DNA of 64,000 nt from Camelus dromedarius. Taxonomy: Eukaryota. The first letter of the stretch is position 1; the number at the start of each line of letters is the position of its first letter. Below the pieces are notes generated by a model. The model was given only the letters and a program-made list of their open reading frames with translations, was not told the origin of the DNA and searched no databases. Positions 1 to 10,770 of this stretch are shown here, piece by piece. A program made the translations under genes and the position numbers. The stretch spans positions 41,604,001 through 41,668,000 of the forward strand of contig NC_087447.1 in assembly GCF_036321535.1 (NCBI RefSeq), written 5' to 3'.

Positions 1-1190
1 ACAAGTGTTCATAGTATTTGCTTATATTCCTTTTTATTTTTGTAAGGTTGGTAGCAATGTCCTTTCTCTTATTCCCGATTTTAGTAATTTAAGCCTTCTC
101 TTTTTTTCTCTTGGTCATTCATGGTAAAAGTTTGTCAATTTTGTTGATGTTTTCAAAGAAACAACTTTCGGTTCTGTTGATTTTTCTCTATTATTTTTCT
201 ATTTTTATTTCATTTATTTCTGCTCTAGTTGTTATTATTTCCTTCCTTCTGCTTGCTTTTCTTAGTTTAGTTAGCTCTTGTTTTTCTAGTTTCTAATGGT
301 GAAAGTTTAGATTACTAATTTGAGATCATTCTTCTCTTTTAAGGTGTTTTCAGCTATAAATTTCCCTTGCATTGTTTTGAGTGTATCCTGTAAGTTTTGG
401 TATGTGTTTTTATTTTCATTCATCTCAAAGTATTTTCTAATTTCCCTTGATATTTCTTCTTTGATTCATTGATTATTCAGAAGAAATGTTTGATTTCAAC
501 ACATTTGTGAATGTCCTTCTGTTACGGCTTTCAGATTTCATTCTATTTTGGTTGGGGAACATACACTATTACAAACTTTTACAATTTATTGAGATTTGTT
601 TTATGGCTTGACATACGGTCCATTGTAGAGAACGTTTCACATAAACTAGAGAAGAACGAATATTCTGCTGTTGTTAAGGGGCAAGTTCTATTGCTCTCTG
701 TTAGGTCTAGTTTGTTTATATCATTGTTCAAGTCTCTATTTCCTTGTTGATCATCTGCCTATTTTTATCTGTCTGTTCTATCCATTATTGAAAGTGGGGG
801 TATTGAAGTCTTCAACTATTATTGTAAAACTATTTCTCTCTTTAATTCTTATTTTTTGCTTCATGTATTTTGGGGCTCTTTTGTATCATTGATGCATATA
901 TGTTTATAGTTTTGTATCTCCATGATAGATTGATTCTTTTATAAAAATAAAAGAATAAAAATGTTCTTCTTTGTTTCTAGTAACAGTTTTTATCTTAAAG
1001 ACTATTTTTCCTAATATTAGTATAGCTATTCCAGCTTCTTTTGGTTACTATTTTCATGGTAAATCTTTTCCCATCCTTTTACTTTCAACCTATTTCTGTC
1101 TTTGAATCCATGTCTCTTGTAGACAGCATATAGTTAGATTGTGAGTGTCTGTTTTTCATTCTTTCTGCCAGTTTCTGGTCAATTCTATTC
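1..1190 (-). mobile_element. Old L1 (L1M-type) ORF2 5' region fragment
   Basis: T-rich antisense L1 ORF2 text such as 'ttttcaaagaaacaactttcggttctgttgatttttctcta' and 'tctcttgtagacagcatatagttaga'; decayed, no intact ORF. Confidence 0.85.
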
Positions 1191-1451
1191 TGAAATCATC
1201 TTTTTCTTGTAATACCTTGACGACTGCAGCCCCCAGTAGCCAATATATCCTACTACTGTTCTGTTTCTCAGTCTCTTCTCCTAGAGCTGTCATATAAAGA
1301 AACACGAGTTCTGCCTCCCAAGTTAGATCAATTAATAATGTTTCAGCACTAAAGTGCTGAGATAATCCCAGTCTCCGACATTAGTTTTCCACTCAGTAAG
1401 CCACCAGACTATCAGGCTATTAGAGCAGAGCCCTGCTTAGAGGGAAATACT

Positions 1452-1841
1452 TACATTAGTCAGAGAACAATAAGCTGTACTGTGTTAATAAACAAACCCA
1501 AAACGCTAAGTGGTCCAACCCAGCAAAGGTTTATTTTTCACTTCTGACACTATCCAATGCAGGTCAGGCAACTCTTCTGCATTGCCCTTTACACGCAGTA
1601 ACAAGTTCCTTACAAACAACAATTTAGCCATCTCGGAGTTCTTAACTTCTAGAACCACAGACAAGAAAGAGAGAGCGGTTGGTAGTGCAGGAGGTTTCTT
1701 GTCAGGTTCAAAGATGGCATATAGCACTCCTGCCCACATCTAATGGGCCAGACATAATCACACGTCTCAACTCAACTGCAGTGGGGGTGGAAACTTTACA
1801 GGAATGCACTGGTATTTGGTGATCACGAGCAGTCTCCACCA
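1452..1841 (-). mobile_element. MaLR LTR (MLT1-type)
   Basis: Starts 'tacattagtcag...gctgtactgtgttaataaacaaaccc...aaaggtttattt', typical of the reverse-complement MLT1 3' end. Confidence 0.7.
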
Positions 1842-1949
1842 TACCCCTATTCTCTAAACATATTAAAATTTCACCTCTGAAGGGAGAGAAGGATGGTTAG
1901 AGTTTACTGTTTTATGGATACAGGCCATCCAGAACAGGAGGATGAATCA

Positions 1950-2200
1950 TGGCTAAGTGGTGTGGGCTCTGAAGCCGGGCTGTCTGGGTTCAAATCTTGG
2001 ATCTAGTACTTAATAATAATTCTGTCACCTACAGCACCATACTTCAGCCCTATTAAGTTCCAGTTCCTCATCTTAAAGGGCGGGATTAAGTAGTACCTAG
2101 CTAGCTCCTAGGTTTATTGTCAAGATGAAATGAGACAATCCACGTAAAAATAGCACAGTGCCTGGCACAAGGTGAGTATATAGTGGACATTACCTATTAT
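1950..2200 (+). mobile_element. MIR SINE
   Basis: 'gggctctgaagccgggctgtctgggttcaaatcttgg...cagttcctcatct...agcacagtgcctggcacaa' matches the MIR core and 3' end. Confidence 0.85.
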
Positions 2201-2977
2201 TAGTTACAGAGCTGGAAAATAATGGGGAAGAAAATAAAACCACACAGTGACTATTACTGCCATTAATGATATTTTCCTCTGCATGCCTGATTGGAAATAC
2301 TATGTTTGTCGGGGCGGCAGAGGTGGCTCCAAGCAGAGGCAGGAAAGCACATGGCCAGACAGACGAGGCACTAATGGGCCTACTTATGAGAGGAATCGGC
2401 ATCTGATAATGGTATTAGCTCTCACAAGTGCACAGTCCAAGCCTGAGAATGCTCCCCTGACGACTTAGAGAGGAGGAGGAGAGGCTTAATTGGAGTGCAG
2501 TTTAAATCTTGATCACACTCCTACCCACAGGAGAGTGGAGCTGCCTGCATGGTGTCAAGAAGCTTGGACTCTACTTTGATCGCCCCTGATATTCCCAGCC
2601 ACACAGCTCTGCAACGCCCCGGAGGAAAGACTAAGGGGAAAGCAGCAGGTGTGGGATACTCTTATATCCTTTCAGTATACTTCTTCTTTACTTAGGTGGC
2701 CAGAGTTGGCTGCTGCTGCTTACAGTCAGAAGAACCTCAATAAACACAGCACCTCATAGAACTTTGATACGTAGGGTGTTTGGCTCCGTGCTTGTGTAGG
2801 ATAAGCTCTCAGTCATCTGTAGCATTTATCACCTATAAAGGTGAAGCTAATAAGAGAACGAGTAAAAACGCCACAGACTAGGAGAAATTATTTGCAAAAG
2901 ATACAACCGATAAAGGCCTGTTACCCAAATTATACAAAGAACTCTCAAAACTCAGCAATAACAAAAATGAATCAATT

Positions 2978-3330
2978 GGGTGGGAAGGATAAATTAGGAG
3001 TTTGGGATTAACAGATACAAGCTACTATATATAAAATAGATAAATAACAGGGACCTACTGTATAGCACAGAGAATTATATTCAATTTCTTGTAATAACCT
3101 ATAATGTAAAAGAATCTGAAAAAGAATATATATATTCAGGTATACAGCAAAGCAATTCAGATATATATATATATGTCTTATATATAATATTATATTATAT
3201 GTAACTGAATGTTACATGATGTAACATATATTATATATTAAATATGTAACTGAATCACTTTGTTGTACACCTGAAACTAACACAACATTGTAAATCAACA
3301 ATGCTTCAATAAAAAATTAAATTAAAAAAA
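2978..3330 (+). mobile_element. 5'-truncated artiodactyl-type L1 3' end
   Basis: 'ggataaattaggagtttgggattaacagatac...gtacacctgaaactaacacaacattgtaaatcaac' plus A-tail; flanks aaaatgaatcaatt / aaaatgaactaatt. Confidence 0.9.
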
Positions 3331-3339
3331 AGAAAATGA

Positions 3340-3490
3340 CACAACATTGTGAAATGACTATAACTCAATAAAAAATGTTTAAAAATAAATTAATTAATAA
3401 ATAAAGAAGTTATGGTAAATTTATACAATGGAATACTACTCAGCCATAAAAATAATAAAATAATGCTATTTGCAGCAACAAAAAAAAAAG
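3340..3490 (+). mobile_element. Composite of a very short young L1 3' end and an internal L1 fragment ending in poly(A)
   Basis: 3340-3386 'cacaacattgtgaaatgactataactcaataaaaaatgtt'; 3401-3480 internal L1 text ending 'tttgcagcaaca' plus A-run; both lie between aaagaaaatga repeats. Confidence 0.8.
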
Positions 3491-4494
3491 AAAAAAGAAA
3501 ATGAACTAATTAAGAAGTTAGCAAAAGACCTTAATAGACACCTCACCAAAGACAATATACAGATGGCAAATAAGCATATGAAAAGATGTTCAACATCATA
3601 TGTCACTAGGGAATTGCAAATTAAAACAGCAGTAAGATACCACTACATGCCTATCAGAATGGCCAAAATTCAGAATACTGACAACTCTAAATGCTGATGA
3701 GGTTGTGAAGCAACAGGAACTCTCATTCATTGCTGATGAGAATGCAAAATGGTATAGCCACTTTGGAAGACAATTTGCAAATTCTTACAAAATTACACAC
3801 ACTCTTACCATGCATACAGTCCAGCAATTGTGCTCCTTGGTATTTTTCCACATGAGTTGAAATTTTATGTCCACATAGATGTTTATAGAAACTTTATTCA
3901 TAACTGCCAAAACTTGAAAGCAACCAAGATGTCCTTCAGTAGGCTAGTGGATAAACTGTGGTACATCCAGACAGTGGAATATTTTTCAGCTCTAAAATGA
4001 AATGGGATTTCAAGCCATAAAAAGACATGGAAGAAGCAAATGCATATGGACTTTGGGTGATTATGATGTGTCACAATGCAGTTTCAGCAAAAGAAAAGAA
4101 AGAAATATGGAAATGAGACAGTATATTTAAATATACTAAGGTACTCTGTTGACCTGTGTCACTGAACAAATTTAAGGACTGTTAGTTACAAGGGTGCTCT
4201 CAGGAGGGCACTGTAAATGTGTGGCCCACATACGTGGTTATGAAATGGAATACAACCTTTAAAAATTGTAACTCACTATGTTGTACACCTGAAACTCATA
4301 CAACATTGTATATCAACTACATCTCAGTATAAACAAACATGAGCAGCATGTTGCCTTTTGGTGACAGTGACAACTTTAAGTAGAATGATATGATTCTGCT
4401 ATTACTAAAAGTGAAGAATTGTTTCCTAAACATGGAAAGAGGGTAAGAGTGGAGTCCAGAAACCAATAACTTAGATATAGATCCCTGGTGATTT

Positions 4495-5125
4495 TTATTT
4501 TTATTAAATTTTTTTAATTAAAAAAAATTTTAATTGAGATACAGTTGATTTCCAATATTATGTCAGTTTCAGGTATACAGCATAGTGATTCACAATTTTT
4601 AAAGATTATACTCCTTACAGTTTTAAAAAAAATATTGGCCCTATTCTCTATGTTGAACAATATATCCTTGTAGCTTATTTATTTCATACATAGTAATTTG
4701 TACCTCTTAATCCCCTCCCCTATCCTGCCCCTCCCCTTTTCTTTCTCCCCATTGGTAACCACTAGTTGGTTCTCTACAACTGTGAGTCTGTTTCTTTTCT
4801 GTTATTTTAATAGCTTGTTTTGTTTTTTAGATTCCACATATAAGTGATATCATACAGTATTTATCTAGCTCTGTCTGACTTATTTCACATAGCATAATAC
4901 CCTCCAAGTACATCTGTGTTGTTGCAAATGGCAAAATTTCATTCTTTTTATGGCTGAGTAATATTCCACTGTATATATTTAAATACTACATCTTCTTTAT
5001 CCAATCATCTGTTGATAGACACTTAGGTTGCTTCCATATCTTGGCTATTGTAAATAATGCTGCTATGAACATTAGAGTGCATATGTCTTTTAGAATAAGC
5101 ATTTTCATTTTTTTCAGATGTATAC
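4495..5125 (-). mobile_element. L1 3' end
   Basis: Poly-T start, then 'ttagattccacatataagtgatatcatacagtattt' and 'gacacttaggttgcttccatatcttggctattgtaaataatgctgctatgaacat'. Confidence 0.9.
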
Positions 5126-7144
5126 AAGGCCTGTTTTAATGTCATCTTGACTCCGTGGCCCAAAGGCCATCCCTAGTATCTTAAGGCGTCCATGCAGAGC
5201 CAGACATACTGGATGAAATCAAACCTCCTCAAAAGCATAGCCACTGAAGATTTGCTCCTTTGCTGTGAACGTGGAGCAACTGCTGGTGGAGAGAGTGGGA
5301 ATTCTCCACTCTTGATGCTAAACCCCATTTAAAGAAAGTAAATCATTTCAGGGTAGACAATGCGGTAGGCAGACAGCTGGAAATGATGAAGAGGATTAAG
5401 AACTAAAACCAGGGTAAGACAACGAAAGAAGAGAATGCCGACAGAATCAGGACAGAGGAATTCCTCGACCCCATCCGGCAGCAGCTGTCACAGTAACCTG
5501 GTGAAGAGGAATTAGCATCAAAAACTGAACACCACTTCGTCTTCCGTGTGGTCACTTGTGTTCATACATTCGCTTTGGTCCACTTGTATAGTTCTCATCC
5601 CCAAGTGTCAGCTCAGTCCTTCTAGACTAACCTTGTGTTATCATTGTCTTCATAGAGTTCCAAGGAAAGCTCTTCTCTGATTATGGTAATAAGACACTTG
5701 CCATTACAGAAAGACACCTTGGCCTGGCGCCTTCCGACAGGCAGTCACTGCCTAGATCCTGGTGCCCAGATTAAGCAAACCTGGTAACAGCTCTCCCCGC
5801 CTCCCCCACCCACATCCTTAGAACGTCATAGAACAAGCCAGAACCTACGAGAACGAGGCCTGAAGAGGCCTCATCACTATGCGGGTGCACCATCTCTTGC
5901 ATAAGTATGCGGAGTAATTAAGAGAAGCAAGGTCTGGACTGAGAACTGGGTCAGACATGAAGGGGCCCAAGAAACAAGTACACAGATCACTGAGAACATG
6001 ACAAGGGAACCTGCGAGCAGCTGTGCTGTTAAGTCAATAAGAAGGTGTCGCCAGGAGATGCCCAGTCATGCAAGCTGAGTGCGCATCCCTCTTCGCTGAG
6101 TAGCTGAAGGAGGGCGCTCACAGCCCCAGGATGGCAGGAAAGGCAGGACGGGGGTGGGAGACCTTTGAGAAGCACGCCGGGCAGTTGCTGCTCCTCCCTC
6201 ACCTTCGGGTAGAACTTGCCCTGGGCTGTGGGCAGCGGAAAGAGGACACCGAGGTTCCCAAAGCCTGGCCCACCACTTCCCTAGGTCTGTAAAAATTCTG
6301 CAGGAGCTCTGTCCCCCGCCTAGAGTCTCAAGTCACTCACAAAGGGAACGTGCTCAGGCACCCGGCCTTCCCTTTGCTTCCTTCAAAAGATGAACATTTC
6401 TATCTCTCCTTCTCTTTTTAAATAAATATATTTGTTGCTATTTTTATTTTTGTTTTTTCTTCCAGATGAAAACCTTCAATAACCACACAGAAACACAAAG
6501 GAAAGGAAACTGCTAAATAGTCATTTCCCAGACTACAGCCCCAAATCCCAGAGAGAATTTATGTCACCACATCTGCTCTGAGCTGCAGACCACAGATTTC
6601 TGTTTTAACGTGGAGACAAAATGGGCTTCTTTGAACCATACCCTCTAAAAAGAACCACAGAGGAGCACCCTGTGCGTCACTCCTGGACCCTCCTACGCAA
6701 AGGAGAGCTGGGAATCGGTTCCGGGTGCAAACAATGTGCCAGGCCCTCCCTCAGATAGTCTCAGGACCACCCCAGCCATTCCAAGCCTCACTCTTCACAG
6801 TTGCAGTTGTTGGAACAGACTGACCACGTGGAAAATTACCCATGAAAAGTTATTAAGGGAAGTTGCAGGGAAAATTACAGAATGTCACAACAGAAAACTG
6901 TGCTGTTTGGGGCGAAGGAACAGAGTGAAATCTTTGCAGAGCCATGACACTGAGCCAGCCAACCCCACCCTCTTATCTTCCCCTTTATCCTTCAATTCTG
7001 CTCACTGACTCTTTATAAAATTGCCAGGCTTCGTGTAATACTGTGACCTAGAGTGAGGAAGGGAAGCAAAAGTTCAAAAGACATGTTTAGACGTTCCTAT
7101 TCTGCCCATATCCCTTTTCTGGGAACTAGTCCCTTTAGCTTAAC

Positions 7145-9230
7145 AGTCATTCACTCTTTAAATGCACAGATATTTATTGAGCACCTACTGGATCTCAAGC
7201 ACTGTTGTTAAGTGCAGATACACAAAAATGAACAAGACAGACAAGGGCCCTTCATTATAGAGCTCATTTTTTAGTGGGACAGTTAAATGATACACAGATA
7301 AAGAAATAAATGAAGACAGTCTTGAATACTGATAACTTGCTATGAATTTTTAAAAACACAAACAAAACAAAGTGATGTGTTAGAGAGTCATCTGCAAGAA
7401 GGGCTGCCTACTCTAGATAAAATAGACTAGAAAATATGAGCTTAGTCATGAATGAGAAGTTTGGCTGCAATGAACATTTTGGGCAGAAGGAAGAGCAAAT
7501 GTAAAGGTCCTGGGGCAGAAATGAGAGAGCAACAGAAAGGCCAGTGTGGCTGAAGCCTCTAAACCAATGGAAGGTGGTAGAAGGAGCTTATAAAAGAGCA
7601 GAGGCTGTGATAAGAAGCTTGGCCTTTATTTTAAAGGCAATAGGAAATCACCAGAGAATCTTAAACAAGGGAGTGGCATCACCTGATAGACATTATTTTA
7701 GTTCAATTTCTCTTCCATATTTTATTTGCTAATGCACAGCTGATATCTAAATTAAGAACATGCTTACCAGACAGGTTAGGAATTTATTCACTCCAATCCA
7801 CTAGTTAAGTTTGGTTTTGACTGAACTCTTAAATAACTTTTGATAAAAAGTGCTTCTTGGCTCTTAGATTTCAAATGAGATGAAATAATCTGTTTTCTTT
7901 TTTATTTAGAATTATTGTAGATGTAGCCCAATCTGAAGAGTTTCTCCCAATGAGACAAATGCCCTGAATAATTCCTTAATTCTCACAAGGAAAACTCATG
8001 CTCTTCATAGAATCCCATCACCAAATTTTAAATGATAAAAGTGTTGAACTTTATTTGTGGTTAGGTCAGGGGTCAGTAAAACGTTTTCTTTAAAGATCCA
8101 GAGTGTAAATATTTCAGGCTTTGAGGCTATGTGGTCTCTGTGACAATCCCTCAGTTCTGCCCTTATGATGCAAAAACAGCCGTAGACGATGTATAAATGA
8201 CGGTCTGTTGCTGTGTTCCAATACGACGTTATTTATAAACGCTAAAATTTGAATTTCATGTAATTTTCACATGACATGAAATACTATTCTTTTGATTTTT
8301 TTTCAAGATGTTAGCACCATTCTTGGCTTAGGGTTAATATAAAAACAGGTGGCAGGCCAGATTTAGCCAGCAGGCTGTCGTTTCCTGACTCCTGCTTTAG
8401 GTGAACTGGGGCCTGACAGACATTTTTAATGGAATCATTTTGGCTGCAGTATGGAAGGTGGCTCATGGGACGAGGGGAGCAATGGTGGAAGCAGAGAAAT
8501 CAGTCAGGAGGTAACTGGCATAGTCCAAGCAAGACACAATGGCGGCTTTGATGGGGTAGTTGCCATGGAGTTGGGAAGATGTGGACACAGTAGTACGTTG
8601 TGGAGGCCCTGACAGGGCTTGCTGATGTAGTCAATGGGAGCAGAGAAGGAAAGCAAGAGAGCAAGATCAAGAGTGAAGCATGATCCTGCATTTTAGTCTT
8701 GAACAGCTGACTCTGTGGGCATGTCATGTACTTAGATGGAAAGCACTAGGAAGGAACAGGTTTGGGGGGAAGTCAAGAGTTCTAGTTTGAGATGCTTGTT
8801 AGGAATTTAAACAGAGATGCCAAGTTGGAATTCAGGGGATATCAGGGCTGGAGATAGATATGTGGGGGTCATGGCTTTTAGGAGGTATTTAAAGACCCAG
8901 GACAAGAGCAGATCCACTGGGGAAAGTGTATGGATAGAGAAGAGGAGAGAACTGAGGTGAGAGTCCATGGGGATTCTCAGAAGAGGAAGAATTAACAAAA
9001 GGCAAAGGCAGCCAGTGGATGAAGCAGACAAGTCAGAAGAATCATGAAGGTCAAAAGCAGCAAGTTGTTCAAGAAACAAGGGAGGTGTCAAGCACATGGA
9101 ATGCTGCTGAGAGACAGTATTGTGAGGGCAGTGGAGTTGCCATTTGATTTGGCAACAGGAAAATAATGTGTGTCCTTGACAAGAAGAGTTTCAAAGGACT
9201 GATGGGGATGAAAGAATGTTTTGAATGGTC
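7145..9230 (-). mobile_element. L2 fragments (about 7145-7700 and 8420-9230)
   Basis: 'atttattgagcacctact', 'gaagagcaaatgtaaaggtcctggggcag', 'gagttctagtttgagatgc', 'tttggcaacaggaaaat...ccttgacaagaagagtttc'. Confidence 0.75.
8067..8394 (+). mobile_element. MER58B-type hAT-Charlie MITE
   Basis: Ends caggggtcagtaaa / tttcctgactcctg form terminal inverted repeats; 8-bp flanks ggttaggt / ctttaggt; internal MER58B-like text. Confidence 0.85.
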
Positions 9231-9231
9231 A

Positions 9232-9790
9232 CTGCGACTTCCACTTATGCACTGGCAATTTTAAACACATGTGTATCTCCATTCCCTCCTGACACCCACT
9301 AAAGCAAAAGTGATGAAATAAAAAAGAATGAGCCCACCAGAACAGAGAGAATGGCATGAAGATGACAGTGAACAAGAGAAGTTAATAAATCCTTGGAAGA
9401 GGGAAGAGGCTGGATAATAGCAACTAAGCAAAACAGGGAAAGCTGAAACCAAAGTGCCCACACAGGGGGCAGTAGGGGAGGGGTGCCAGCAAGAAGCAAG
9501 CTGGTTCCAATCACTGAACCCCAGCAAGGCTGATAAATTTGAGCCAAGGTGAGAAAATGCAGCTGAAAACAGAAGGATAGGGAGAAAGTCTTTATGAGGA
9601 AGAGTTGGCTCTCCCGTAGCCCCTCCCTAATCCTGTGCTGCCAGGAAACTATGGGAAATAAATGGTTTAGTCTCTGCAGAAACTGACCCAGAGAAACTCA
9701 CAGATAAGAGAACCCTGGCACAGGGAAGGTAAAGGTGAGGCACTGCACTGAAAGATGGAGAGTTGGGCAAAATTTACATACCAGTTGGTG
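9232..9790 (+). mobile_element. Probable ancient L1 (L1ME/HAL1-like) 5' end fragment
   Basis: Starts 'gacttccactt...' followed by purine-rich text resembling old L1 5' ends; family uncertain. Confidence 0.4.
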
Positions 9791-10394
9791 AGCCTCCTAG
9801 CACCCTCCCCAGCTCAGCAGCCAGCCAAGCTTATAGCTCACTCGCTCGCGCTCTCTCTCTCTCTCTCTAGCAGATTGGGGAGCTGTGGGCTATACCCTTG
9901 CTGGGCTGGTAGCCATGCTGGCTATGTGCAAGCAAAGGAAGCCAATCAAGATGTAAGGAGAGAAAGAGCAGTGAACATGAAAGATGCTGCTGGCCCGGGA
10001 TAGGAATATGGAGACAGTGTTGGGTACCAGCCTCAGCCCAGGACCAGGCAGCTCTTCCTCTCCCAGGTTTGAGACTGCCTAGTGTATCCTCACACAAGCA
10101 CCCTTACTAGGACAGCTTGAGTGGCTCTGACCTCGACTTCGTAGCTGGATGATCCCCAACAAAGTCGGGAACATCCTGTAGAAGACTAATTTTCCAGACC
10201 CGGTCCAAGCCCCATTTGCAGCCTTCCTTGGTCCCCGTTAAGCAGACGTGGCCAACTGAACTGCAGGCTTCCCCTCCCTCAGGGGCTCCAGAAGGGCCAG
10301 GATGAGCCCAACTGCAGGTCTGGAGGGTCTGCAAAGGTAAGCAGTGTCCTGCATCGTCGAAGGCCGGGTTGTTAGACAGTACCTTATGTAGTCA

Positions 10395-10770
10395 CCACAC
10401 TTTATGGATAAGGAAGGTAAAGCACAGGGGAGTTAAGCAATTTGTCTAAAGTCGCAGAGCTTAATTACTAAGAGAACCGCTTGAGGATAAAATTCAGTCT
10501 CTGATTCTTTCCACTGCCCACATTTCCTCCCATTGTGCTCAAAGACTACTTTGACAGGTGGGATTGGTTATTTCCATGGCACTACTGAAACCAAAATACT
10601 AAAACATGGTACTCAGAGTCTCTGTAGTGTAGTAGACAACATGCTAAATGCAGAGTCCAGCCATGTGGGTTCCAGTCCCACCTCCACCTCTCATTCTGTG
10701 GTATCAGTTAGGCAAGTCACTGATCCATCTCTCTGGATCTAATTTTGTCCTCTGTAAAATGTGGAGAGAG
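10395..10770. mobile_element. Two MIR fragments (about 10395-10520 minus, 10622-10770 plus)
   Basis: 'aagcacaggggagttaagcaatttgtctaaagtcgcagagc' and 'gggttccagtcccacctccacc...ggcaagtcac...tctgtaaaatg'. Confidence 0.7.

Larger units (their letters stand above)
2855..4070 (+). mobile_element. Old L1M 3' ORF2/UTR fragment hosting nested younger insertions
   Basis: ORF 3470-3697 reads AKDLNRHLTKDNIQMANKHMKRCSTS...RYHYMPIRMAKI, the L1 ORF2 C-terminal region; host text resumes after 3505. Confidence 0.9.

Noticed and set aside
4090..5830. Protein-looking frames around the L1 (for example EFSTLDAKPHLKK...EMMKRIKN), considered as a processed pseudogene or CR1/L3 remnant
   Set aside because: Multiple stops, no parent gene recognised, and spacing does not fit CR1 ORF2 well. 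It needs a database search.
6440..6520. Strong acceptor-like polypyrimidine tract ttcttccAG followed by ATG
   Set aside because: The frame closes after 16 codons and no partner exon is identifiable.
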